This document shows, piece by piece, positions 49,110-59,083 of a DNA stretch of 64,000 bases. Location of the stretch: positions 73,750 through 137,749 of the forward strand of contig JAWBYA010000005.1 of assembly GCA_038867615.1 (NCBI GenBank), given 5' to 3'. The DNA is from Sulfolobales archaeon. GTDB lineage: Archaea > Thermoproteota > Thermoprotei_A > Sulfolobales > AG1. Under the pieces are notes generated by a model. The model saw only the letters and a program-made list of their open reading frames with translations. It was not told the origin of the DNA and ran no database searches. Positions within the stretch are counted from its first letter, which is position 1. The number at the start of each line of letters is the position of its first letter. The position numbers and the translations under genes were made by a program.

Positions 49110-50487
49110 AATCCCTGGAGGCTCTTTGGAAAACCCGATCTTCGTTGTCGAGAGGATCATGTGGCTCGTCGAGAGCAGACAGAGCGTAGAAGAGGCGCAG
49201 ATTAGAAGGGCTGGCGAGCTCTTAGGAACACCTGTTAAGAGGGTTGAGGCTCTGAGGGCTAGATATTCAGACGTGTTCTCAAGGTTTATTGAGAAGAGAT
49301 GCTCAGAAACAGGCTCTGAGTATAGGGTTTGCATATATTCTTGGAATAGGAAGAGGGCTTTCAAAGCCTTCCCAGCCTCTCTCTATGCCACAGGCACGAT
49401 CATAGTATTCAGGGGAAACGAACCGCTAGAGGTTATGTGTAACCCCCTGCCAAAGGCTCTCGACTACCCGGTTGCTGCGGAACATATACCGGGCTCTACG
49501 ATCCCCTACTATGTATCTGAAAGGATCGATGGGTGGCAGGTTAACGCCTACTACGATAAGATCCTCGGGAGATGGGTCTTCTCGACTAAATATGTGCTCC
49601 ACAACATGTACTTCTCACGAGGCATTCTAAACATAGATAGGTATGGCGAGATAAGCAACCCAATAGTATCACTAGCCGATGAGATAGCATCTAGAGAGAA
49701 CATCTATGCAATGCTAGAGGGTCTGGAGGGATGGTCCTTCATATTCGTATTGCTAGGGCCGGAGCCGGCTATAACCTCTCCACCATACCCAATAGCACCA
49801 GATCCTCAGGAGTATAAGCTCTACCTAGTAGCAGCTAGGAGGAGCGATGGAGTCCTAGTAACAGGGACAGAGGCGGGGAAGATGATAGGGTGGAGCCTCA
49901 TCCCTGCTGAGAGGATCGCTAAACCTCTAGAGGATCTATACAGCGAGATCAGGGGCTCGATAGCAACAAGATCCCTAATAGCATGGATAAAAACCGACAG
50001 GGGAGATCCCGTTATACTTGAGATCCCCTCGCAGTACTACTACGACGCAATGATGGTGAAGCATCTCAGAGACGCGAAATCAGCCTCCATACTATGTTCC
50101 GAGGATCTATGTGAAGAGATATCCAAACTAGTCCCCGAGGATCTGGGGGAGAGGGTTAAAGCTATCGGCAGGATCTACAGAGACCTTGTAGAAGCCCTAG
50201 AGCACGGACTCCTCGACGAGAAAGCCTTCTCCGCAATAGCCGATGCGATCAACGAGATCAGGGGTGAGAGAGTGATCACAGCAAGAGAGATCCTTGATGA
50301 AACATTATCAAGAAATTATAGAAGGCTGGCTAGAAAGATACTAGCCCTAGCCCTCGAGGATAAATCCCTGGCCTCTAGCGAGGTTATGGATATACTTGTA
50401 AAGATAAAGTCTATCGCTCGGTTTAACAACACAAACGAGACAAAGCTGCCATGGACTCCCAAGACAAATAATAGCTATAGCGGGTAG
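49081..50487 (+). CDS. T4 Rnl1-like RNA ligase fold protein with degenerate catalytic motifs
   Basis: GTIIVF..NPLPKALDY, SERIDGWQVNAY (motif I with R for K), WVFSTK, SFIFVL and LYLVAAR occur in Rnl1-like order. Confidence 0.6.
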   Translation: MRTVEGEGARIPGGSLENPIFVVERIMWLVESRQSVEEAQIRRAGELLGTPVKRVEALRARYSDVFSRFIEKRCSETGSEYRVCIYSWNRKRAFKAFPASLYATGTIIVFRGNEPLEVMCNPLPKALDYPVAAEHIPGSTIPYYVSERIDGWQVNAYYDKILGRWVFSTKYVLHNMYFSRGILNIDRYGEISNPIVSLADEIASRENIYAMLEGLEGWSFIFVLLGPEPAITSPPYPIAPDPQEYKLYLVAARRSDGVLVTGTEAGKMIGWSLIPAERIAKPLEDLYSEIRGSIATRSLIAWIKTDRGDPVILEIPSQYYYDAMMVKHLRDAKSASILCSEDLCEEISKLVPEDLGERVKAIGRIYRDLVEALEHGLLDEKAFSAIADAINEIRGERVITAREILDETLSRNYRRLARKILALALEDKSLASSEVMDILVKIKSIARFNNTNETKLPWTPKTNNSYSG

Positions 50488-50490
50488 ATA

Positions 50491-51369
50491 GTGTTGGAGA
50501 TACACTCAACCCTCTTAGAGATAGCTAAGAAAGATCTAGAGGCGTCTAGGCTCCTGTTCGATAAAAAGCTATATCCTCAGGCTGTGTTCTTCTTGCAACA
50601 AAGCATCGAAAAAGCCATCAAATCCTATGGTATATTGAATAACGTGATAAGTGAAGGAGAGACAAGGGATATTGGGCATAGAGCTTGGAAAGTCTATCGC
50701 AAGATTTTCAGTAAGCTTAAAGAGGACATGAGAAAAGCAAAGGAATTTATTGAGGCTTATCCAGGACTCAAACAGACAAGAATACTAAAGGATCTGGATC
50801 TCGACGCTATTATAGCTAAGCTGGAAGAGCATGAAGAGAGCCCCTCTGAAGAAAAGGAAAAAGAGCTATGGAAGCTCTCTTTCGAAAGGGAGAGGCTTGA
50901 AAACATTATAGCAGATATCAACAAAACAAGGAAGGAGTTGGAAGAGGAAATAACTATATATATAAGCGAGCGGGAAGTCAAAGAGATAAAAAAAGCCTTA
51001 ATGGATTATATCTTTAAGATCAATCCTACGGCGAAGATTGAAGCAGATAAGATCAAAAGAAAGCTGGACAAAGCGCTCACTCCTCAGCTAATTAGAGATC
51101 GCCTTAATATAGTGATAGCCGAGCTGCCTTCTTACGTCTTCTGCTCTTTGTCACTATATTACCTCTCCTTGGTTCTCTCTCCACATGCTACCAAGCCAAG
51201 GTATCCCCAAGCTGATCATAACCCCTTAGAGGTCTACAATGAAAGGATGCCCTTGATCCAGGTGTTTAGTCATTTCATAGAGATTGCTGAAGAGACTTTG
51301 AATACCCTGGATCGTATATTTAATAGTTCCGCGCGTTTATCCTTCGCATTTCAACTAGATTCATTTTAA
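50491..51369 (+). CDS. HEPN domain protein with long helical insertion
   Basis: AKKDLEASRLL...YPQAVFFLQQSIEKAIKS, GH and C-terminal HATKPRYP. Confidence 0.85.
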   Translation: MLEIHSTLLEIAKKDLEASRLLFDKKLYPQAVFFLQQSIEKAIKSYGILNNVISEGETRDIGHRAWKVYRKIFSKLKEDMRKAKEFIEAYPGLKQTRILKDLDLDAIIAKLEEHEESPSEEKEKELWKLSFERERLENIIADINKTRKELEEEITIYISEREVKEIKKALMDYIFKINPTAKIEADKIKRKLDKALTPQLIRDRLNIVIAELPSYVFCSLSLYYLSLVLSPHATKPRYPQADHNPLEVYNERMPLIQVFSHFIEIAEETLNTLDRIFNSSARLSFAFQLDSF

Positions 51370-51472
51370 TTTCTTGAGATAACATAGCACCTGGCTATAT
51401 TTCTCATCTTCTTTATAATATCATTTTTTCCCTCTATTAATGATACCTATGTGAGTCATGCCACGCTCTTGT

Positions 51473-52174
51473 CTAGAGCGATATGATCCCTGTGTATGAG
51501 AGTGCTAGAAGTAGTATGAATGTTGATAGGGTGATAAGTATGTTATCGTCTATCGGGTTCTTCTCGTAATGCTCGATTATCGATGCCAGGGCTGCTATGA
51601 ATACTCCTGGGAATCCTATGTAGTAGTAGGCTAGAGGTGCGCAAACGAGGAACATGGCTAGATTACCCCACCACGATTTAGTCCTCTTCTTAAACATAGC
51701 GTTCCTCACAATACCTGTGGCAGCGTCTCCGAACGACATGAAGAGTATCGGTATCAAGCCATAGAGCGGTGTTGCCATGAATATCCATGAGGCTGTTAGC
51801 ACCGCACCCCAGGCGATGCAGAAGTTAACCTCGTACATGTTATCCTTAACCTGGTACCAGTGCATAAGCTTTCCAGTCCTATGGGGTATCCAGTTTATAA
51901 GGGCGAGGATCAGGGCTAGGATCAGTGGTATTGTGGGCGATGTGAAAAGCACAGGGACTAGGAGGGCTACAACCCCGCCGGCGAGGATATGTATCACCTT
52001 TCTATTAAAATAAACAGCAACATTGTGGGGAAAACCCCTGTTAATAAAAATCCCATAGAGATACTTGGTCCCGAGAACAACCAAAAGGACGTAGAGAAAC
52101 AGGATAAAGGCGTAGAGAGCCTCGGATAAGGGGTTTAGCGGTATAATATATTCTAGATATAGACCCAGGTTCAA
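51473..52174 (-). CDS. Dolichol/phytol kinase-like CTP-dependent membrane enzyme
   Basis: RKVIH, SFGDAATG, KSWWG and IDDN. Confidence 0.85.
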   Translation of the reverse strand: MNLGLYLEYIIPLNPLSEALYAFILFLYVLLVVLGTKYLYGIFINRGFPHNVAVYFNRKVIHILAGGVVALLVPVLFTSPTIPLILALILALINWIPHRTGKLMHWYQVKDNMYEVNFCIAWGAVLTASWIFMATPLYGLIPILFMSFGDAATGIVRNAMFKKRTKSWWGNLAMFLVCAPLAYYYIGFPGVFIAALASIIEHYEKNPIDDNILITLSTFILLLALSYTGIISL

Positions 52175-52344
52175 GTTCCCACCTACGAGTCTAAGGAATC
52201 AGTGTTTCTGAAATTAATATATTTTTCAATGATCTAGACTATCGTTTCAAGCATATTAGATGTAGATGATGCTGAGAATCCGAAGGTTCTCCGCCAACTA
52301 GGAGAATATGCTGTGGCTTATCAAAGCCACACAGTCCAGGGTCT

Positions 52345-52860
52345 CTAGTAGGGTACGTTTTTTAACCCTAGCTTGTAGGCTCCCCAGTTTGTTGCTATGT
52401 GGAGGATAAGCACTATAATGGCTCCTGCTACGAAGATCGCGAGGTCTATTTGGTAACCAACCATGGTGTCTAGAGATAGGGTTTTTATCAAGATGTTTGC
52501 GAAGATGAAGAATGATAGCTGGTCTAGAAGGGGTGCTGGGGCTCCCCTAGGGATCCCTAGTCTTCTCTTTATAAAGGCTCCTACTATATCGCCTAGAAGA
52601 GCTCCTAGGGATGATGCTGCTGCATATGGTACGAAATATGGATTATCAAGGGCTGCTGAATAAATAGCACCCACCCCCGTTCCAAAGATCATGCCTACTG
52701 CTAGTCCTTCGAAGGTTTTCCCATCACCCAGGATTCTCTTACCATCTATGAACATCCTACCAAGATCTATTGGTTTTCCCCTCTTAACAAACACAGGAGC
52801 CCCGTTGGAAGCCATTGCGGGGAAGTATATGAAGATAGCCTTTAGGATCGTTTCGATCAA
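52345..52860 (-). CDS. carS: CDP-archaeol synthase
   Basis: PAMASNGAPV, PIDLG, GDGKTFEG, GDIVGAFIKRRLG and LLDQ. Confidence 0.95.
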   Translation of the reverse strand: MIETILKAIFIYFPAMASNGAPVFVKRGKPIDLGRMFIDGKRILGDGKTFEGLAVGMIFGTGVGAIYSAALDNPYFVPYAAASSLGALLGDIVGAFIKRRLGIPRGAPAPLLDQLSFFIFANILIKTLSLDTMVGYQIDLAIFVAGAIIVLILHIATNWGAYKLGLKNVPY

Positions 52861-52975
52861 GCTCGTAACCAGCTCTATCTAGCCCACCACACATGATCAT
52901 TATTGATAGCTTTAATATAGAGAGATCCGTGTCTGCTGCGGCTTTTAAATCCCCTTGCAATATATGGAGTAGCTG

Positions 52976-53611
52976 GTGCCTCTCTTGTCAAGAGCGAGGA
53001 TCCCTGGGAGGGAGAAGTGGAAGTATAAGAAGTGGTATAGGGTTACAGCACCCCCTCTTTTCGGCGAGGTTGAGATAGGCTCCATACCCGCGGACGAGGA
53101 CTGGAAGATCGTTGGAAGGACTGTTGAGGTAACTATGTATGAGCTCACCGGAGATATATCACAGCTCCACATCAGATTCAAATTCCAAATAATAGGAGTA
53201 GAGGGTGATAGAGCGATAACCAGGTTCAAGCTCATGGAGCTTGCAAGGGACTACCTTAGAAGCCTTACAAGAAGGAAAAGCAGCAAGGTGGCTGGGATAA
53301 TCAACCTAACCACCAAGGATGGCTATGGGATAAGGGTAACGGTAGCCGCGTTCACAACATATAGGTGCAAGACATCCCAGAGAAAAGCTATTCGAAAGAT
53401 AATGTTCGAAATACTATCCAAAGCAGCCTCGGAGAAAACACTGGACGAGTTTATAAAAGCCTCGCTTGGAGAGATACAGAGCCAGATATTACAGGAGGCT
53501 AAAAAGATATACCCGATCAGGAAGGTAGAGATAGCCAAGATCAAGCTCCTAACAATACCAGGACCAAGCGGTCCTATGAAGGCCATCGTAACCCCACAGA
53601 GACCCGTATAA
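52976..53611 (+). CDS. rps3ae: 30S ribosomal protein S3Ae (eS1)
   Basis: KWKYKKWY, GRTVEVT and KIYPIRKVEIAKIK. Confidence 0.96.
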   Translation: MPLLSRARIPGREKWKYKKWYRVTAPPLFGEVEIGSIPADEDWKIVGRTVEVTMYELTGDISQLHIRFKFQIIGVEGDRAITRFKLMELARDYLRSLTRRKSSKVAGIINLTTKDGYGIRVTVAAFTTYRCKTSQRKAIRKIMFEILSKAASEKTLDEFIKASLGEIQSQILQEAKKIYPIRKVEIAKIKLLTIPGPSGPMKAIVTPQRPV

Positions 53612-53653
53612 CTATCCTCATGGCTGCAGCACCCCTAAACCCTGCTCCAAATC

Positions 53654-54214
53654 TTAATACTCCTCGGCGACTGGTTTTAATACTCTGAGGAACCAGCCTA
53701 GATCGAATATATTCTCCACAGCAGCCTCGGTATCTCTACCCATAGCCTTGGCTCTAAGAATCTCTCTAGGATCTAGCAGGGCTCTCCCAACCCCTATGAC
53801 TCGCCTATCACTCGGATCTATGACCCCCACTATATCTCCCCTCCTAAAGGGTCTGTAGATCTTTTCGACACTAGCCACTAGAAGATCGTTTCCATATAGG
53901 TATGCTTTAACACCCTGGGATCCTGCCTCTACGGCGGATCTTGTATCACCGGTGCATCTATATATCTCTTGCAACAAGCCTGGGTACGGGTAGATCTCGC
54001 CATTAATTATAATCCCAACCGGGGATCCTGCGTACATATATTTGAGATCGATCTCGCTCTCTATGGCTGTAACTATGCATATCCCTGGATATAGGTTGCA
54101 TGTGATTTTGAATCTTTGTGGGATGCACTTAATAATCTCGGTTCTTTTATAAGCTCTTGAGAGGATCCCTAGAAGCTTTTCCTTATATCTCCTTATCTCC
54201 TCCCTATCACGCAT
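53654..54214 (-). CDS. PUA-domain (Nip7-like) protein
   Basis: KAYLYGNDL, GDIVGV, IGVG and DLGWFLR. Confidence 0.85.
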   Translation of the reverse strand: MRDREEIRRYKEKLLGILSRAYKRTEIIKCIPQRFKITCNLYPGICIVTAIESEIDLKYMYAGSPVGIIINGEIYPYPGLLQEIYRCTGDTRSAVEAGSQGVKAYLYGNDLLVASVEKIYRPFRRGDIVGVIDPSDRRVIGVGRALLDPREILRAKAMGRDTEAAVENIFDLGWFLRVLKPVAEEY

Positions 54215-55215
54215 GTGAAAGACCCTCCTGTCTTATGGATATGGGGCCATGTCCTTATGCACCTCCTAACCTCTGGAGAGATCCTCTTGATCCAGAGATC
54301 CTCTATACCTCTCGACCAGATCGAGAGACTCGGCTCTCTTAAAAAGATCTCGTCGTCATATATGTCGAGAACCCTGCTCACAACATACTCATTCTCCTCA
54401 GGAGCTATGCTGCATGTGGAGTAAACCAGGATCCCTCCTGGCTCTAGGATCTCTATAGCCGATGCTAGGATCTCTATCTGCCTCCTAACAAGCGCTGCAA
54501 GGCTCTTCTGATCGGTCCTCCTCTTCCTACCAGGATCTATCATTATATAGCCCTCAGCACTGCAGGGAGCATCGACAAGGATCCTGTTGAACTTCCTTCC
54601 AACAACCTCCTTGATCCTCCTGGCATCGCCCCTAGTCACGGCTATGCTTTTAAAACCCATCCTCGCTATATTTGACACAAGAGATCTTATCCTATCAAGC
54701 GAGATATCATTAGCAACAACAAGCCCCTTATCCCCGGTGAGCTGGGCTATATATGTCGTCTTACCACCTGGAGCTGCGCAGGTGTCAAGCACGGAATCAC
54801 CAACACCTAGATCCATATTAAGCGGTGGTATGAGTGGTGAGGAGTCTCTGTGGAGGTAATAATAACCCTTGAGATACTCATGGGTAGAGCCGGGGGTCGG
54901 GCTCCCAGGGGTTCTCAGGATCTCTATAGCCTCTCGTGACCATTCAAGCCTCCTAACCTCGAATCCAAGGTTCCTGAGCCTCTCTTCCAGCCTCTTGCAA
55001 TCAATCCTAAGGTTATTGCATCTAGCCACGGGCTTGAGGATCGATTGATCCTCTATCGCCTCAAGAAGATCTTCCGCAGAGCTGCCAAGGATTCTTATGT
55101 ATCTCTCAACCATATATTCTAAATAACCATACCTCCTAGCAAGCCTCCTAGCATCCTCTCCAGGCTCTACATAGATATCCTCTAGGATCTCTTTGAGACT
55201 AGCTATGGCAGGCAT
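54193..55215 (-). CDS. RsmB/NOP2 family RNA m5C methyltransferase
   Basis: DTCAAPGGKT, DAPCS and YSTCSIAPEENE. Confidence 0.95.
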   Translation of the reverse strand: MPAIASLKEILEDIYVEPGEDARRLARRYGYLEYMVERYIRILGSSAEDLLEAIEDQSILKPVARCNNLRIDCKRLEERLRNLGFEVRRLEWSREAIEILRTPGSPTPGSTHEYLKGYYYLHRDSSPLIPPLNMDLGVGDSVLDTCAAPGGKTTYIAQLTGDKGLVVANDISLDRIRSLVSNIARMGFKSIAVTRGDARRIKEVVGRKFNRILVDAPCSAEGYIMIDPGRKRRTDQKSLAALVRRQIEILASAIEILEPGGILVYSTCSIAPEENEYVVSRVLDIYDDEIFLREPSLSIWSRGIEDLWIKRISPEVRRCIRTWPHIHKTGGSFTCVIGRR

Positions 55216-55227
55216 GAGAGAGACCCG

Positions 55228-55656
55228 CTATATATGCGCCCTTAATATGATCATGGTGTATGTTGAGACAACACCCTCTATAGATCTTATCGCATCTATA
55301 CACCTATTTATAAAACCAATACCAACACCCCTAACAAGCACAGCTATATCGTGCTCGCCAGTAACCTCATAAACAGCCTCAACACCCTCAATATTCCTTA
55401 TCCTCTCAGCAACCTCAGGTGTCTTTGTAGGGGGAGTGGTTTTTACAAGAACAAGGGCTCTAGCCTCATCGCTTAATACATACTCAACACTGAATCTCCT
55501 TATAATACCCTTCCTAATCATGTTAGAGATCCTCTTCCTCACAGCGGTCTCGCTAAGCCCTACGGATCTTGCTATCTCTCTATATGATGCCCTACCATCT
55601 TTCTTAAGTATAGATAGTATCTTCTGATCCGTGTCATCAACAGAGATTCTGGACAC
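55228..55656 (-). CDS. lysM: Lrp/AsnC family regulator LysM
   Basis: Lrp HTH with EVTGEHD, divergent from lysW-lysX. Confidence 0.85.
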   Translation of the reverse strand: MSRISVDDTDQKILSILKKDGRASYREIARSVGLSETAVRKRISNMIRKGIIRRFSVEYVLSDEARALVLVKTTPPTKTPEVAERIRNIEGVEAVYEVTGEHDIAVLVRGVGIGFINRCIDAIRSIEGVVSTYTMIILRAHI

Positions 55657-55684
55657 CCATGTATTATATCGATAAGCAATATAT

Positions 55685-55699
55685 GTTCTAATAACGAAC
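55685..55699. promoter_or_regulatory. Putative LysM binding site GTTCTAATAACGAAC
   Basis: 15-bp GTTC-N7-GAAC semi-palindrome between lysM and lysW, resembling the Sulfolobus lysW LysM site as I recall it. Confidence 0.65.
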
Positions 55700-55819
55700 G
55701 ATCCTTAACGAGCAATGTTTATCTAAAGAACAAATCAAGCTAAAATCAATAGTGAGTAGTACTTATTTATGGGCATGTTTTTATATAGTGCGCACCGCCA
55801 AGCTCTATATGGTGGTTCC

Positions 55820-55990
55820 ATGGAGCACAGATGCCCCGTATGTGGAAGACCAATCGAGATCCCGAGCGACCCCGTCTCAGGAGAGCTTGTGGATCATGAT
55901 TGCGGTGCAACAATAGAGATCGTGATCCTCGACGGAGGATCTATAAGGCTCAAACCATTCCAAGGCATTGGGGAGGATTGGGGAGAGTAG
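55820..55990 (+). CDS. lysW: Amino-group carrier protein LysW
   Basis: CPVCG zinc knuckle and C-terminal EDWGE. ATG at 55820 after GGTGG. Confidence 0.95.
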   Translation: MEHRCPVCGRPIEIPSDPVSGELVDHDCGATIEIVILDGGSIRLKPFQGIGEDWGE

Positions 55991-56131
55991 GTTTGCCTCT
56001 TACATACCACTAGAGGTGTTATCAATACTTTGAAAACCATAGCCCCCATCCCAGCACCAGATATGGAAACTACTCCTCGCTTGATAGTTCACGGAGCGTC
56101 GGGGCTAGAGAGTAGGGGTTAGGGTTTAGAG

Positions 56132-56974
56132 TTGATCCTGGTCGTCTACCACACAGTTGTAAGGTGGGAGGAGGAGCAGATAGCAAGGGCTCTTGAAAGG
56201 CTGGGAGCTAGCTATAGGCTTATGGATGTTAGCAAAGAGCCTATAAAGATAGGGAGCAAGATCCCTAGCGATCCCTCGATAGCGATTCAGAGGAGTGTTA
56301 GCAGGATAGCCGCCCTAGAATCGACAATAGCTCTAGAGGGATCAGGGGTGAAGGTTATCAACAACTCCACCTCAATAGCTGCATCGCAGAGCAAGATCTG
56401 GTGTCTCTCAATACTAGCAAGATCCGGGATCCCGATCCCAAAGAGCTACGCATCATTCGGACCAAGCTCTATCGAGAAGAGTGCCGAGGATCTAGGCTAC
56501 CCGGTGGTCTATAAGCCCTCCCAAGGGAGCTGGGGCAGGCTTGTCTCAATGGCAAGAGACGCTGAAGAGCTTAGCGCACTGATAGCCCATAGAGAGTCCC
56601 TAGGCTCTCAAGCTCTCTACGGGATCGTGCAGGAGTATGTAAAGAAACCCTGGAGGGATATAAGGGCAACGGTGATCGGGGATCAGGTGATCTCGATCTA
56701 CAGGATCAACAAGGCACACTGGATAACAAACACAGCTAGAGGAGCAGAAGCCCGGCCAGTGCCAAAAGACCCAGAGCTAGAAGATCTAGCAATAAAGGCT
56801 GCTAAAGCCCTCGGGCTAGAGGTGGCTGGGATAGATATATTCGAGGATCCGGAGAGAGGATATATAGTGAATGAGGCAAACCCGGTTCCGGAGTTTAAAA
56901 ACGTAGCTAGGGTTACCGGTGTAGATATAGCTAGCATTATAGCCGAGTATGTGTTATCGCAAGCCAGACTATAG
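56132..56974 (+). CDS. lysX: Alpha-aminoadipate/glutamate-LysW ligase (RimK/ATP-grasp)
   Basis: KPSQGSWGRLV, QEYV, RDIR, WITNTARG and NEANPVPEFK. Confidence 0.93.
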   Translation: MILVVYHTVVRWEEEQIARALERLGASYRLMDVSKEPIKIGSKIPSDPSIAIQRSVSRIAALESTIALEGSGVKVINNSTSIAASQSKIWCLSILARSGIPIPKSYASFGPSSIEKSAEDLGYPVVYKPSQGSWGRLVSMARDAEELSALIAHRESLGSQALYGIVQEYVKKPWRDIRATVIGDQVISIYRINKAHWITNTARGAEARPVPKDPELEDLAIKAAKALGLEVAGIDIFEDPERGYIVNEANPVPEFKNVARVTGVDIASIIAEYVLSQARL

Positions 56975-57215
56975 CAAAGCAACTAACACGGGTTCCTTGT
57001 ATGTCTCGCTCGATTCCATGAGTAGATCAGCTTTGCTATCCGCTGTTCCTCGTTTAAATATGATCCCGTTTAGATCTATTAGTTGCAATTAGGCGTTTAA
57101 GGAGCGGTTTATGAGAACAAGGATCAAGCATCCTAGGAAGCCGTGGAAGCCCTTATGGTGTGGAGTGAAACAACCAATATCTAAGGACAAATAGCTATAC
57201 TTACCGATCTCTATA

Positions 57216-58007
57216 CTACAATACTGTCTTCACATAGCCCCCGTCAATCAGGATCATTGCCCCGTTTATGTATGATGCTTTATCGCTTGCTAGAAATGCT
57301 GCTAGATAGCCTATCTCTTCAGGCAAGCCCAGCCTCCCTACTGGGATGTCTTTAGCCAGGTTTTTGAGAGCCTCGTCAATGGTGATCTTGTTCCTCGAGG
57401 CTAGATCCTCGGCTATCCTCATCGTCCTCTCTGTCTTTATATGGCCCTGCATGATCCCGTTGGCTGTTACACCCATCCCGCCCAGCTCGTGGGCTAGTGA
57501 TTTCACGAGCCCTGCTATGCTTAGCCTCACGGTATTGGAAAGCACTATGGTTGGGATGATCTGTCTAAGTGTGCTCGAGGTTATATATATAAGCCTCCCC
57601 CACCTCCTCTCAACCATCCCCGGAACTACTAGTTTCGTGAGCCACACCGCGTTAAGAAGAAGAAGCCTTACAGCCTCTTCCCAGTCCTCGAAGCTGAGCT
57701 CCATAAATGTCCCAAGCTTAGGGGGCCCTGTGTTATATACAAGGATATCCACACCTCCAAATGTGTTCAGAACCTCTCTCACAAGCTTCTCGACATCGCT
57801 CCTAACCCTAAGATCAGCCTCTATGCCGAGAACCTCTGAGCCCGAGATCTCCTTCAACCTCTTAACAGCAAGATCCACGTTCTCCTTAGACCTAGATGTA
57901 ACCACAACCCTAGCCCCCTCCTCAGCAAAGACCCTTGCAACACCAAAACCTATCCCCTTAGTCGAGGCTGTAACAATAACCCTCTTACCCTTCAAACCAA
58001 GATCCAT
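57216..58007 (-). CDS. Short-chain dehydrogenase/reductase
   Basis: TASTKGIG, YNTGPP, SNTVR and IDGG. ATG at 58007 preferred. Confidence 0.93.
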   Translation of the reverse strand: MDLGLKGKRVIVTASTKGIGFGVARVFAEEGARVVVTSRSKENVDLAVKRLKEISGSEVLGIEADLRVRSDVEKLVREVLNTFGGVDILVYNTGPPKLGTFMELSFEDWEEAVRLLLLNAVWLTKLVVPGMVERRWGRLIYITSSTLRQIIPTIVLSNTVRLSIAGLVKSLAHELGGMGVTANGIMQGHIKTERTMRIAEDLASRNKITIDEALKNLAKDIPVGRLGLPEEIGYLAAFLASDKASYINGAMILIDGGYVKTVL

Positions 58008-58252
58008 ATAGTCACCAGATATAATTTCCACCCAGCATTTATACTAATGCTCTGCCCACAAACTAGACTCCGCCATGTCGTTATCTATAATGAGAGTTCC
58101 ATAGAAACCTAAGCGATAGTGAGACAGAGAAGATCTAGAGAGGAGCTGCGGGTAAGGGTTGCTCTGAAGATGTGAAAGACAATGATGATCTTGATGAGAA
58201 GGCTCCAAGATTGGTGGAGCCGAGGATAGAGGTTAGGATCAAAATACCCGGG

Positions 58253-58903
58253 TTATCTGCCTCTGAGCCCTATGTAGAGGAGGATCGCTATGAGGATCAC
58301 TAAGATTGCTACCAACATGACGAGATATATATCTCCACCAAAACCTCCAGGCTTAGTATCGCTGACCACAGTGCCCTCCTTACTCCTGGTTATATGTGCT
58401 ATGTAGAGGCTCCATAGATGTGGTTTGAACTCGTTGGGATGGTCCATGATCGATGCATATCCATTTGTAACGAGCCATAGGTTTATGTTTAGGAGATGTG
58501 TTGAGTTGATCTGGAGATAGGCTATAGCAATAACTCTACCGTATCTATCATACACATAGAGATCATCTATATCTAGATAAACCTCCCTACCCTCCAAGAG
58601 GTTCTTGAGCGCCGAGCGGGAGGAATCACCCTCAGGGGTTCCAAGCTCGGGAGCATTTATGTCGGCAAGCCTCACCCTAATGATAGATCCGTTCATGTTT
58701 AAGTATCTATCCTTGTAGATCGCAACAACCTTAGCATCGAACGTATCGCCATCGATAACACGTGTAACGATTGCAAGGGTCTCCAGATACTCTCCAGACG
58801 GCTCTAGAGAGATCTGCCCCAGAGCCGTGGGAAGTAGTGCTGAGATTGCTACTATGATCGAGAGGATCATGCTCCTATGGGTTGTCCTCAATGTAGTGAT
58901 CAC
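58253..58903 (-). CDS. Secreted, C-terminally anchored thermonuclease (SNase family)
   Basis: VIDGDT, VRLADINAPE and DRYGR with signal peptide and C-terminal TM. Confidence 0.92.
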   Translation of the reverse strand: MITTLRTTHRSMILSIIVAISALLPTALGQISLEPSGEYLETLAIVTRVIDGDTFDAKVVAIYKDRYLNMNGSIIRVRLADINAPELGTPEGDSSRSALKNLLEGREVYLDIDDLYVYDRYGRVIAIAYLQINSTHLLNINLWLVTNGYASIMDHPNEFKPHLWSLYIAHITRSKEGTVVSDTKPGGFGGDIYLVMLVAILVILIAILLYIGLRGR

Positions 58904-59083
58904 ACCGTATATCTAGCTCCGAGGAATGCTTATATCTTCCCCAATCCAGGGGATCAACGGATATACGGAATACCTATAATACTATCAATTAGTAGGAGGG
59001 TTTAGGAGGCATAGCGTGTCTGGTTTAGGCAATAAGGTTTTATACCATGAGCCATGTTGAATAGCCTATATGGGTTTGGATAG

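Noticed and set aside
57346-58011. Long antisense ORFs (here and at 44096, 59572, 39954 and others)
   Set aside because: They are shadows of well-supported genes on the opposite strand.
58050-58250. CTCCGCCATG match to the family-1 right flank and clustered TGATGA boxes
   Set aside because: The match is only about 10 nt, and the boxes do not form a C/D'/C'/D layout.
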